64,000 nucleotides of DNA from Octopus sinensis. Taxonomy: Eukaryota. Below the pieces are notes generated by a model, which was not told the origin of the DNA, did no database searches, and saw only the letters and a list, made by a program, of their open reading frames with translations. Of the stretch, positions 1-13,442 are shown one piece after another. The DNA is taken from positions 149,234,001 to 149,298,000 of the forward strand of contig NC_042997.1 in assembly GCF_006345805.1 (NCBI RefSeq), read 5' to 3'. Position numbers and translations under genes: made by a program. Each line of letters opens with the position of its first letter. Within the stretch, counting starts at the first letter, position 1.

Positions 1-515
1 ATAAACTGTATATTTATTCAACAAATACAGCAATTCTTCTACGAAGGAATCCCTAATTTACATACCGAAAATTTTAACCCCTCTATAAACCGTTTAAATA
101 CTCAACAAATGCAGCGGTTATTCTATGAAGGAGTACCAAATTTGCATACCAAAAATGTTTAACACTCTTTAAACTCTATATATACTCAACAAATGCAGCA
201 GTCATTCTGCTAAGGAATCCCTGATTTGCATATCGAAAATGTTTAGCCACTCTAAAAGCTGTTTAAATACTCAACAAATGCAGCGGTTATTCTATGAAGG
301 AGTCCCTAATTTGCCTACCGAATATGTTTACCACTCTATAAACGGTATATATACTCAACAAATACAGCAGTTATTCTATGAAGGAGACTTTAATTTGGAT
401 ACCAAAAAATTTTTAACACTCTAAAAACTGTATATATACTAAACAAATGCAGCAGTTATTCTATGAAGGAGTCCCTAATTTGCATACCGAAATTTTTTAA
501 TCTCTCTATAAACTG
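1..515. repeat. Minisatellite, ~84-85 bp unit, ~6 diverged copies (runs off the window start)
   Basis: Unit ATAAACTGTATATATACTCAACAAATGCAGCAGTTATTCTATGAAGGAGTCCCTAATTTGCATACCGAAAATGTTTAACCACTCT restarts at about 1, 85, 169, 253, 338, 422 and 508. Confidence 0.9.
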
Positions 516-1158
516 AGGGCGAGTTGATCATTGATTATTCAGCTACATGTTTCAAAACCATTATAGTTATGATCGTTATTTTCTTTTGCATATATCCTTC
601 ATTTTATTATGCAATGTAACGTTCTGTTTTTCAAGTACATAGATTGCAACTTGATTCTGATACGGCTGGATATCCAGCAGACTCTTTGAGTTCAAATATA
701 AATTCAGATATAAAGCTCCCTATTTGAAGTGTATTTTATAGCCACCGAAATTGTTGCTTTGTGGCTACTGGAGTTTAATTTTTGCCGCTGCTGTAAAATT
801 ATTAGGTGTGCTTTCATTGTTTAATACAGTCAGAGAGTTTATGGAATACATTTCAGCTACGATCAAACAATTCATATCTCCGATGTCAATGCAATACATA
901 TTTACGTAACTGGGTGGTATTTGTAGCATTTCTGCCTTTCATGTAGAGGGTCTTCAGTTGAATGTTTCACATATGATAATTTATTGTGTTGTCAAGAAGA
1001 ATTTAGTTCATGCAATGCATATTATTCGGTTTCGGTATTAACAGCGCTCGGGTATCATTTTTTTTTTGTCTGGTGAAATTGTTTATGATTTTATGTAGAA
1101 CTTCATGAAGATGCTTCACACACACGCACGCGCATATATGTATAATGTATTAGTATAT

Positions 1159-1204
<46 letters not shown>

Positions 1205-1984
1205 ATAATATGTGTGTGTGTGTGTGGTGTGTGTGTGTCTGTGTGTGTAAATATCTGCATATATATATACAAACACACACTCATAAAAAACGTTCCTTAT
1301 TGTATCATTTTATTATGAAAAATTCATCAAAAAATTTCTCTGTCATTTATATACATATGTGTTCCAAAAGGAATAACAGTGTAGACAAGCACAACTATAT
1401 AAAAGTACTTGACATGAAACTCATATGATTTCGGCAATAAAAAAATGATGTAATAAAGTTGTACTATACTATGTAAATATGACAATAGCAACGATTGTAT
1501 TATAATGAATAATGGCTACACCAGAAAGAACTGTAAAGGACTAATAGGAAAGTACGAAAAAAATTAGTATAGGATGTAAAACACGAGCACAGTTATGTTG
1601 TACAAACAGACAAACAGACACACGCACACACACATACACACACACACGTATACACACATGCACACACACAGACATATATCATGTGTCTGTTTGTGTGTGC
1701 ATTTAGTCATGTATACATTTTTGTATATATGAATGTATGAGTTTGTAAGAAAATTTACATATATGTATATTCATAGAATTTTAACGCCGAAAATAACTAT
1801 AAAATAAAAATCCAACAGGAGCATTGTCATACATCCGACCATATATGAAAAAGGAAAACGAAAACGAAACTTTGCACGACAGAAATAAAAACAAAGCATG
1901 CTACAGTGTTTAGGATATAACTTCTTAAACTCTACATAGATGATTAGAATATAGAAATAATAATTTCTACTCTATTTGGGGGAG

Positions 1985-2344
1985 GGGAGCCAGTCGATTA
2001 GATCGACACCAGTACGCAACTGGTACTTATTTAATCGACACCGAAAGGATGAAAGGCAAAGTCGACGTCGGCGGAATTTGAACTCAGAACGTAACGGAAG
2101 ACGAAATACCTATTTCTTTACTACCCACAAGAGGCTAAACACAGAGAGGATAAACAAGGACAGAGAAACGGATTAAGTCAATTATATCAACTCCAGTGCG
2201 TAGCTGGTACTTATTCAATCGACCCCGAAAGGATAAAAGGCAAAGTCGACCTCGGCGGAATTTGAACTCAGAACGTAGCGGCAGACGAAATACCGCTAAG
2301 CATTTCGCCCGGCGTGCTAAGGATTCTGCCAGCTTGCCGCCTTA
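1985..2344 (-). mobile_element. tRNA-derived SINE, family A (TAAGGCGGCGAGCTGGCAGAA head), with internally duplicated core
   Basis: The minus strand starts TAAGGCGGCAAGCTGGCAGAATCCTTAGCACGCCGGGCG and has the B-box-like GAGTTCAAATTCC. The core GGTACTTATT..ATCGAC..CGAAAGGAT.AAAGGCAAAGTCGAC.TCGGCGGAATTTGAACTCAGAACGTA occurs twice (about 2020-2110 and 2205-2295). Related copies lie at 40345, 46121 and 61520. Confidence 0.8.
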
Positions 2345-3394
2345 GAATAGAGAAATATTGAAAACAATCTGCAAGTGGAATTCCTACATTCAAAGAGAAA
2401 TTTTAGCAAATATCTATTCTTATTGTTATTCATACGTTACAAATTTCCATTTCAATTTGAGTGACAAATCTCAATGAAATATATTTTTGCCCTCAAACAC
2501 CACAATTTGCTCATATGCAATGTTATTCTAAATATTCGAAGTATATTTTAGTTAGGGGAAAAAATTATCGTATGTTTTCCTTTTAGAGCAGAAATTAGCA
2601 GCATACGTAAAAGTTCAGTGGTGGAAAGAAACTGATCATAGATACACAAAAACATAAAAAATAAAAAATAAAAAAGGATATATAAAAAGTCATATATTCA
2701 AAAAGTATTTCATGAAATCAAAAGAAAATCTCATGAACAAGCGTATGGCACATGTACATATATGTGTGTGTGTATGTGCACGTGTAATGCTAAGTGATCG
2801 TCCAAGTATGTGTTCGGCACACTTAAAGTGTACTCGACGAGCTGGTCATGACAAATCTTTGCCTGTGAGGACAGTAGACGAACATCTGGATTTAGATGTG
2901 TGGTATGATTCTGGGTGCTACAAATTTTTTATTACTATTCTTTTCCATTCTAAACTAAGTCTGCATTCAATTTAGGTCTCTATTCAGGTTAGGTCTCTGC
3001 TGTAATCGCACTTTTACCAATGTTACGTCATTGCTGGATTGCAAAACGGATGGCACTTCACTCATTTGGTTTTCTCTCACTAGATATTAGGTGATATATT
3101 CCCTCATACCTTACATTTGCGTAAGTCGGCAGTGGTACTTTCAAGGAACTACTAGGAGAGAACTCAAGCAATTTATTCCATTCAGCAATTTTCAATAAAT
3201 GTTGATTAACTTTCCCATCTTTCGGTAACATAATTCAGCTGTTATGAGACACATACGTACACACACAGACACACAGACACACAGACACACACACACACAC
3301 ACACACATTCACACACACACACACACACACGCACGCACGCACACATACGTAAAGTTATCAGGTAAAAGGGAAGAATAGCACGTATATATATATG

Positions 3395-3462
<68 letters not shown>

Positions 3463-3928
3463 AATACTGTCGCTTTGCTAAGTCTTTCGTATAGTATTCA
3501 TTTCAGTATTCAAGAGGTTATGCATACATGTTTGCATTAATTTCAGAATATACCGTTGTAATGTATAATGTTGACATACATATTAATTCAAACCATACGC
3601 TAGATTTCTTCACACTGAAGAATTGCATGAAGAATGCATGAAGAATGAAATCAGATGGTTATATATATATAATCAACTCTGATACCGTCTGATGTTCTGT
3701 TTGTGTATACTCCACATAGAATAAATTCTTCACTCAAATTTTCGAGATATTTACTGACATAGATATTCTAAATTACAACACTTTGTAATTAATTAATTTG
3801 TACTTAATTACTAGTTTAACTGATATACGAGTCCGTAACACAGTAGTTAATTTGTTAGCCGGACGTTTCTTAGATTCCATGTCTTATACTACTCAATGAT
3901 ACGCACACACACTCATTTATGTGTGTGT

Positions 3929-3977
<49 letters not shown>

Positions 3978-4065
3978 AGATAAGGAAGTAAATTTCGAAT
4001 GCAGTGTAGCTGTGAAACCAACATAAAAATATAGGGTACATATCCTTAGAAGACGGGATCAAAGT

Positions 4066-4149
4066 CGCCAGTAGGCGCCTACGAGGGATCGAACCTCACA
4101 TTTGTGAGATATTTGCTCAGTGCTCTAAACCATTACGTAAAGCGACCCC
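4066..4149 (-). mobile_element. tRNA-like Pol III head (SINE remnant or tRNA pseudogene)
   Basis: The minus strand reads GGGGTCGCTTTACGTAATGGTTTAGAGCACTGAGC...GAGGTTCGATCCCTCGTAGGCGCC, with A-box-like and B-box (GGTTCGATCC) motifs but no clean cloverleaf. Confidence 0.6.
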
Positions 4150-4261
4150 TAACAACGATCACCTTCAGTTTTAATGCTAAATAATAGTTGGAGAACATCT
4201 TGTAAGCAAACTTTGGAAGCTCCGAATGTGTTGGTATCTATCATGAAATTGTTGCCAGGTG

Positions 4262-4340
4262 TTGCTTACCTTACTGATTTAGAGCACTCAGCCGGTAAAT
4301 GACGAATACGGGTTCAATAACTTGTAGGCGCCTGCTGGCA
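4262..4340 (+). mobile_element. Second, more decayed copy of the same tRNA-like head, in opposite orientation
   Basis: TTGCTTACCTTACTGATTTAGAGCACTCAGC...GGGTTCAATAACTTGTAGGCGCCTGCTGGC aligns to the reverse complement of 4066-4149. Confidence 0.55.
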
Positions 4341-4493
4341 AATGCTTTTCGAGTCACCGAAGTTTAAATCCCTAAAGTTTTTCTGCTGTTTTCACAGCTA
4401 TATTGCATTCGAAATTTACTTCCTTTTCTATAAAATACCAGCAGCATGGACGATTCCAAAGTTTGTTTGTGTACACATATATATATGTTTGTG

Positions 4494-4546
<53 letters not shown>

Positions 4547-4639
4547 TTGTGTGTGTTTGTGTGTGTGTGTATGTTGTGTGTGTGTGTGTGTGAATGTATG
4601 TATGTTTCTTCTATTTTTTAAATTATTATAAATCTTACA

Positions 4640-7170
4640 CTGAGGGCGGGTGTAGTTAACGCAGACAAATTCGCATTTGGAACGTGATAAAATTCTTACA
4701 TATTTTTACTGTTCCACTCACAACTTGCACATGTACACAAATTGCATATGTACAAATAAGCCGGTCAATTTCTGTTTCTGAAAATTCCATTTTATTCAGA
4801 TTTTACTTTTGGCATTTACTAACAGAAAACCTAGCGCGCCAATTATTATTGGTATGAATATGAATTCATAGTCTGGATATAGAAGTTATAGGTTTCGGAG
4901 CGGTTCTCCATAGATATCTTCTTTTTCTTGGATTTCCAATGAGACATTTATATCTGCAGGACAGCTGACCTCTATGATTGTACATAACGTTGCCTCTCTG
5001 TCCCAAACAAAAATATCCAGCTTGTTATGTTTATATTTGATGGGAATATTCCACCAGTATTCCATGAGTTGGTGTTTATGACTGTATTCCATAACAGTTG
5101 GATTTTCTAAGTTTATTTCAGGACAGTATTTTTTTAGGATGTCATTGTAAATTATTTCAGCAACAACACCGTGCAGCATAGAGATGTAGGACCGTGACGA
5201 CATTTTAGGACAGCTGCTAATTACATGCGTAATGTCTTCCACAGAAACATGACATATGCGGTTGCACCTTGGGATTACAAGAGCGTCACTGTCTCTCGTC
5301 TTCACCAAGTACTTTGTGGAAATCTTGTGTTCCTGGATTGCAAACGCATAGCCTTTAAAGTGTGAAGTGTTGTAGCTTCCTGTCAATTCTACTATCTCCT
5401 TCAAGCTTCCGGGCATCATAGCCATACAATGCATGGTCTTTTTTTGTATGCTGAGTGCTTTCAATTAAGATCTCCTCTCAGGTAAGGGAGCCGAGTTGCT
5501 TCGGGGCTGTATAGGAGATCATCAGGAAGACAGTAATTCTTGGGGAGTTCACTGCCAACTCGTACAATATATTTATTTTTGCTGCTCTCGTTTAGCAGGT
5601 GCTGCCAGAGTGATACCATAGGGCATTCGAAGACCGTTTTCACTGATTTGAGGCCTCTACCATCGTCCTTTCCTGTTAGGTAGAGCCTGTCAACATCACT
5701 TTTTCTGTGAAGTTTCCAGTTGTTGTCAGGATTTTGCGAGTTTTGATATCTATAGAGGAGGTTTCCTCTGCAGAGTAATCAAGGATCCCAAATGTTGGGA
5801 TCAGCACTGGTACTGTAAATGCATTTGGGGATATTGATTTGTTGTAAGAGGAGATTTACGACTTCCATATTTTCCTAAGGCTGGTGTAATATTCTCGGGT
5901 CACTATCTTTCTTTACAGTGCTTTTATATGATACATTTTCGTCTATGCCTAGGTACTTGTAACGTTCTTTCTGTGGAATTGGGGAAATTGAGAGACCGTT
6001 GATGCGCAGGTTTTAGGATTGGGGTACTGACTTTCCTGGTTCTATAATCAAATATGAACATTTCTTTTGGTCAAATTCTATGCATATATCAGCTGAAAAT
6101 GTTTTTTTATTAATTACAGTTGTTTTTTTTCTGGCATTGTTAACACTTTTAGCATAAATCTTCAGGTCAACTAGAAAAAAAAGTTTGAGATACATTGATA
6201 TTTCTTGCAGTTGAAGATCCTAGTCTGTAATCATTTATCTTCTGCACTGGAAACACTGATGGTGGATTCAGTGCCAATAGTAAAAGTATTACAGAAATAC
6301 TATCTCTCAGGAGTATTCCCTTTGAAATGTCTATACTATCAGAAACAGTTATTCTGTTCTCAGTTAAAGTAGTAAGTACCTTTGCCAGGTGTAAACACTT
6401 CAACAGCCATGAATAAGGGCTATAGTCGAATGCCTTCTTATAGTCAAGCCATACTGTCACAAGGTTTCTATGTTGTTTTCTTCAGGCAGTACAGCTTTGT
6501 TTATTAAACTTTGTTCGAGACATGCTCACACTCATGATGTTCGACTCTGAATGGTCCTGGAGGAATTGATTGAGACAACTTGTGCACAGTTTGTACATAA
6601 TGTTTAAGCAAGCAATGGGCCTGTAGTTCCCTGCCATCTCGGTGATTTCATTTTTGGCAACAAGATTTGGCCTTGCTGCAGAAATCCAAATTGGTATATC
6701 AGTCTGACCTCTCATAGTCCTTTTGAATATACATATCAACTGGTTTCTATAAAATGCCTGCTTCTTGTACCAATATCCAGCACATGATTCCAAACTTAAG
6801 CATGAGATCGGTCGGATTTTTTTCACTCTTGTTGGGAATGGTCTGTTGCTCAACGAAAGCTTCGAGAGAGTAGCAAAATTTTTTGCGAATTTTAATTTTA
6901 AAAATGTTTTTGAGTTGGATGTATTCCGCAGTCTTCGCTTCTGAGTCAGCCAAGTTTGGAGACACACGCGAATTTAGCGACAGCGTCCAAGGTGTTTTGT
7001 TCACATTATTTTTTACGTCGCTTCTGGCAGATTTTGGCCCATCTTTAGGGGTAGATCGAGGAACAGTCGATTTGAATTTTTTTTAGAAAAGATGCTTGAT
7101 GTCGGAGCTTTTTCACCGTGAAGGTATTTAAGTTGGAATGATTTTCGTTCCAGTATTGTTTTAACCGTTT
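4640..7170 (-). pseudogene. Decayed non-LTR retrotransposon with RT and C-terminal restriction-like endonuclease (R4/Dong-like)
   Basis: Minus-strand fragments in the expected order: GNYRPIACLNIMYKL (RT start), WLDYKKAFD (RT), CRICHVSVEDITHVISSC (CCHC knuckle), KHNKLDIFVWD..CTIIEVSCP.D..EKEDIY (PD-(D/E)xK RLE), IPIIIGALG near 4850. Many stops and frameshifts. Confidence 0.85.
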
Positions 7171-8186
7171 CATATATCCAATACATACATACGTATGTAT
7201 GTATGTATGTATGTATGTATGTATGTATGTATGTATGTATGTACGTATGTATTATTATATATACATTGCCGCATACATTGGCAGAAAATGGTTGATTCTG
7301 TAGAATCTTATTCCTGATATTTCCTTCCAACATCTCGCGCTGTGTAATCGAGAAATGTCTAATTATCGATTGTATGTAATCCTGACGAACATTTTGGAAT
7401 ACAAATCAATCGGTAGTGTAAGTGATGAATTAGACAAAATCGACAATACAATAGTTATTGTTATCGCTGCAAAGCGACAGTTAAATACATGAGATTAATA
7501 TACCTATTCAAAAATGAGCGTATAATATTAGAATATTCTTTATTAAGATTTATACCTAAATTAATTTGTTGCCAATCCACGAATAGATTCGCCAATCTAC
7601 AGAAATTGCTTCCCAAAGTATATTATATGTAGAAAATTCAAAATTTACCAAATATAGTCGTTATATGTTTAAATGAACTTCATGCTATTATATAAATTTA
7701 AATATTTGGAGCAACATTCACAGAAGGACCATTAAATTATTTCATATGCGAAAGAGTCGATTACAGAAAGAATGTGCTGGATAAGCAGCATATTTCCATT
7801 AAAATGCAGCAGAAACAATTCAAATAATATGCTGAACAGCTTAAAACATTTACAACTAAGATTCCACTAAAACAACAAATATCCCTTGGTTGCAAAGAGA
7901 ATAGAAAATAAAAACATATTTTCTTTTTGTAATTAAGACGTTAAGGTACTATTTAGAATTTTCGAATTATAGCCGTAGAAAAATAGAACTCCTTTCTTTT
8001 ATACATGAGTGATGAGCAAACAAAAATCATTACAAAAATGTTGAAGGAGCAGCTATGACGTTCGCCCACGTTCCAGTATGAATTTTAAAATAGTATTAAT
8101 CTTCCTCAATGAATTTTTTGCAAATTAACTGCTACACATCGTAAGGTGTTTGTTTTTAAACCTCGATTTCCGATAGAAAACACTGC

Positions 8187-8280
<94 letters not shown>

Positions 8281-8415
8281 TCATATATATATTATATATA
8301 TATATTTCTCTCTCTCTCTCTCTCTCTCAGTATACATATACATGTTTTTTTTCCTCTAGTTTCAGCTCAGAGCTGCAGCCATGCTGATGCACCGCCGTTT
8401 TGTGCTACACTGTTA

Positions 8416-9170
8416 TTACGAAGAACCTCGTCTAACATGTGGCACTTGGTGAAGAATGGTGTTTGATATAGCTACCCTCATTTGCACCTCTTGCCGTGAG
8501 GTAGGTTCATCTGGGATTCTTGACAGGAAGATGTCCAGTGTTGTTTTTAGGTGGGACGTTTCGCTACTTTGGGGATGTTGGTTGAGACGATTTGCAAACT
8601 TCGTCCGTCGTCTCATGAGGATCTTCCTGTCTTTTGGAATCTTGCTCCTATTTGTTTTGGCCTTGTGCTCTGGAACATATTACTAGCATACGGCTTGCAC
8701 AGAAGACATGAAACATTCTAGTTTCATGTCAATGTCTGGTGTGGAGAGACATTTCGGCCAGTCCTCTCTGAGGATCTCTTTTTGGATCGATTTCCAATCT
8801 GCTTTGTGGAAGTTCAGATTGGAGAGATTTCGGGTGCTTCCTTTAGGCTGTATATCTCTAGTTACTTTTGGGCCAAACATAGACAGCTCTATTATGTTGT
8901 GATCCGAAAATGATGTCGGTGTCACTTTCACATCATGAATGATGTCCATATTGTTCGTGAAGCAGAGATCCAGAATGTTATTCGCCCTAGTTGGCTTGAG
9001 TACAACTTGCTCCATGAATAAGGCATTGGTGAGGTTGCGCAGGGACTCCACCTGCACTTGCTTGCAATGATTCATTCCTGAGAGTATGTGACCTTCGGGC
9101 CATTTGACGTTGGGGAAGTTGAAATCACCCATAAGAAATATGGTCACATGGTGTTCCAGATTCATGAGGA
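8416..9170 (-). pseudogene. CR1/L2-like LINE ORF2 remnant: APE endonuclease C-terminus and linker fused to the ORF2 C-terminal tail
   Basis: IFLMGDFNFPNVKW, PTRANNILDLCFTN and SFSDHNII are APE motifs. The linker VPEHKAKTNRSKIPKDRKILMRRRTK runs straight into KTTLDIFLSRIPDEP, a typical ORF2 end. No RT motifs lie in between. Confidence 0.75.
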
Positions 9171-10702
9171 TTTTTTAATATAAATTATATATATATAATT
9201 TATATATGTGTATATAAATATACATATAAAAACACATTTAATGAGATTGAATAGCAACCTATTAGTTTTTAATTTTTTTTCTCTATTTCGTGACTTGAAA
9301 ACTGTCGGGTTTTCTCTGTCACTGCTTATCGAGTCAGATGCTGGAAAATTGTAAATTTCATCTTCTGCCCAGTCAACTGATATCAGTAAAGACAGTCTTT
9401 ATTTATACCTTTAGTCGTCTCAGCTGTTAAGCGGCTACTTTCATATATTCATTCATGTAATGATGCTTAAAATCGTTGTTGCTAAATTACCATTAATTAA
9501 TTCAAATATAATTGTGTATTCATCAATATCGAACAGAAATTATGCCAACATTTTCGATTAACTACTCACACACAGAAATAATGACATAAATTTTGAGGGA
9601 GGATGTCTTTGTACATTATATATGACAGTAAATATATTAGGAATCAAACCAGATACAATAAGATAAACATAGATACAATAAGCCAATTGTGTAGCATTGA
9701 ATGATGTATGGGTAAATGTACGAAGAGAAATGTGAAGAGTGAAACGCACGATATCAAATTATTTACGTTACCAGAGGCTAGGAATATAGTTCCAGTACCT
9801 ATATTCATGTTACTAACGCTTTGCTGATATGTAGGTAACGACGCATATGCATTTTTTTTTCAAGATGATTCCAACCAACTTGTCAGAATACACTTCCCTT
9901 AGTGTTTATACTTTTCCTTCTTTGGGATCTGAAATTAAAGAAAATATCTAGTTCCAGTAAAATTTTCAATATTAAATATTTCAGTAGTGCACAGACTACA
10001 AGTATTCTGCTTCTAACAGAAGATGTATCTTTGAAACATTTTCCACCTCATAGTGAATTTGTCTTTGGAAGGCAGCATAATATTGGAAAGATTAAGCATG
10101 TACCACCTCCCAAAAATTATTTAAATACTTACGTGACAGTAATACCATTGGGGGACAATCTACATTCTTTAAACTTTCTCGCATTTACTGACACTCATTT
10201 ACTTTGTTTACTGACGATGATAATCCAAAGGATAGTTACCCAAGTTACCTTCTAGAAAGAAACATGTAATGTTGTTAATTTCCAGAATCAGGTCATGTGT
10301 GTATTCCGTTATTGTTACGTTATCTACTATATGGTGTGTATGCAAAAAACACTGTAAAAGTTGATGCTCTATGTACGTATACATGTGTGTTTATGAATAG
10401 ATATTGATATACGAAACATACTTTAATAAATCAACAACTATATTGTTACTTGAAATGTGTCCTTTTTGAAATATCAGCATATTATATAACAGTACACAAA
10501 GCTTACAGGCAAAAATAGTGCATTTGTGTGTATGTACATAGATATATACTTACATTTGAACTGGCACAAAGAGGCACATATATGTATATTTATCAACTAC
10601 TATCTATCTATCTACACACATATATATCTATATATGTATATATATATAGATATATATATATGTATATATGTACATGTACTTATATATATATGTAATATAT
10701 AC

Positions 10703-10745
<43 letters not shown>

Positions 10746-11846
10746 ATGTCTGCATGTACGTATATATGCGTCTGCGCATGTGTGCGCGAGCGCACAAGTA
10801 TGCATGCAAGTATTTACATGTGTATGTATATGTGGGTTTATCGAGCCAATATTTCTCTCAAGATATATCGAACAAAATATAATATTCCGTCTGCGTATTC
10901 CTTCCAGGAACGAAATTCTATAAACAACTGTTTTATTACACATTCATTCATCTACTGAGATATGCTCTTCGAGCACGTAATCTATATCTTTATATATGTG
11001 TGTGTGTGTGTGTGTGTATCTGCGTGTGTTTGAGTGTGTGAGTGTATGTCTGTGTGTGTATCACGTCCGTAATTCAACAGTGGATTACAAGGAAGCTCCT
11101 GAGTCTTAAACTTCTGTGCCTATGTAGCTATACTACGGAAGGAAATAATGAATAAAAAAGTGCACCAAAAATGAGATGAAATTATAGAAAGTAAAATAAA
11201 TATAATCGATAATGTCTTTTTGTTTTCTCTTTCTCTGACTACGCTTCTTTGTAACTTGATGCGAGACCGATATCTTCATATATCATTTTGCTTTTAATCC
11301 CAAAGCGCGAAACAAACCAAACGTTATTTGTTTGTATATTTGTATGCTAGTTTTATTTTTTTTTTCATATAGTTTCAAAATTTCTCCGAGAAACTTTGTT
11401 CTTCTTCGTTTTCATATTTTCTATAGATACTTTTTTTGACATAAGGTTACGATTATCAATGGAAGCAACGAGAGGAATCGAAGATTCCTTAACACAAATT
11501 ATCTATAAAACTATCTCAATAGAAGAATTGAAGGCACTGCTAGACACATGGCGCGAGATAGCTAAAGTGTATCCACTTCCATAATATATCGTGTAATATA
11601 TCATGGCTCTCATATTTTGAGTGCACATTCACATCTTATCATCTGCATGCACTCAAACATAGACACGTACTTGTTTACGAACACAGTTAAATGCATATAA
11701 CTCTGATCCCTTTCTCTGTCACTCTCTCTCCCTCATCTGCACATACACACACACATATATATATATACATGAACACACACACGCGTATATATATATAAAG
11801 TCGTACAAATATTACTATACATAATATATATGCATCTATCTGTCTG

Positions 11847-11909
<63 letters not shown>

Positions 11910-12499
11910 CTCCATCCATCTATCTATCTATCTGCGAATGTGTGTGGAGGAGAGAGAGAAAAAGAGAGATAGTGAGATATAGATAGAGAGAGACAGAGAG
12001 TGAGAGTGATGTATGTGCACGTAGATGCATATGTAAATATAGATATAGATGTACTTGTAATAATGAACACATGAAAAGTATTGTATATTTCTGGTATCCC
12101 TGTTGGTTTATAACATTCACTCTATTGTCTGTCAATGGGGTATTTCCTTTTTACAAATATTAAACTAAATACCATTTCCCTGTCATATGTAGCACAAGTG
12201 AATTTTCATGGAACAAACGTAGACTGCTCATGAAGACCAAAGACTGCAGATATATCCATTGCTTTATGAATATAGTGTGTCCTTCACATTCATAACTGTA
12301 CAATGTTGCCTGTGGTGAATATCTCAATGAGAACTACGAAGACGCCGTGCGGAGCTCTAACAACTTAGAATTATGTAACAAATAGTCTTTTGTATTTAAG
12401 TATCTTAAAATGTATACATGCTTTGCAGAAATTACCCTTGAACATGAAAAGATAATGGAAAATTATATTGGCATGGCTGGAGTATTGTTATCTGCACAA

Positions 12500-12990
12500 T
12501 ACAGAGGGTAGATCAAAAGTAAGTAGGCGTTAAAAATTAATAATAAAATCTATATTTCATTTACAACAGCCAGTTTTCTCAAACAACCGATAATAGAAAT
12601 AACAACCTTCTGAAGAATATCACTGAGAACCTCCCGAATCCGTGTCTCCAAGTCCTCCAGTGCACGAGGCTTGTCTCGTACATCTCTTTTGTTTAGCTCC
12701 ACAGGTGAATATCACAGGGAATGAGATCTGGACTTTTTGAAGGTCATTCCCTATTCCATTCTGCGCTGATAGTCTTCAGGTTTTAGCTCCTGCGTGCAAT
12801 AGGGTTTCCATGGACGTAAATTCAATTCTTAACGCAACACAGTAACTATTGTATGTCTTATTAGTCCACTTTCACGAAATGCTTGACTGGTTGGTTTTTG
12901 CGGGCTGCGATTAAACGTTTTCTGCACTGTTGCCACCTTCTCCGTTGATCGGGAAATGATTGGACGGCCACATCTTTTTGCCTCGTTCAT
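12500..12990 (-). mobile_element. Tc1/mariner relic (rosa/DD41D-like by motif style), internally deleted
   Basis: Minus strand gives CGRPIISRSTEKVATVQ..SPQKPT..ELKPEDYQRR, then directly (W)PSKSPDLIPCDIHLW..KPRALEDLETRIREVL. TIR-like end TA-CAGAGGGTAGATCAAAAGT at 12500. Subfamily is not verifiable because the catalytic core is missing. Confidence 0.7.
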
Positions 12991-13358
12991 AGTGCCGATG
13001 TTTTCTTATGTATCTCCTTGTGTGAGTATACACCAGCATGTGACTTACCTATCTGTTTGAACGTGTGACGTGGCGGGGATTTTGCCATGGGAATGCATTT
13101 GTATGCGTATTCTTGCGGATCTGCGTTCTTCGTGCGTTTGTGATCACGCGTACATGCCTGTGTGCGCTTGTACGCCTGTGCATATCTGTGTGAGTGTGTG
13201 CACCTGTGTCTGCACATGTTTCTGTGTTGTGTGCGTGAGTATGCCAGTGTGTATCTGTGCGTGTATGTTTATGGTTGTATATTGGAATTGTATATAGTTA
13301 CATGTATTTGTATGCGCTTACTTAATGTTGGTGATTCATACATACATACATACATAAT

Positions 13359-13442
<84 letters not shown>

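Noticed and set aside
3607-3690. CTGAAGA...GAAA-TCAGA...TCTGA-TA arrangement
   Set aside because: Stem I cannot form (CACA versus CCGT) and stem II is disrupted; at best a dead relic.
9902-10255. 117-aa non-repetitive ORF, vaguely LRR-like
   Set aside because: GTG start, no proper LxxLxLxxN repeat and no convincing splice sites.
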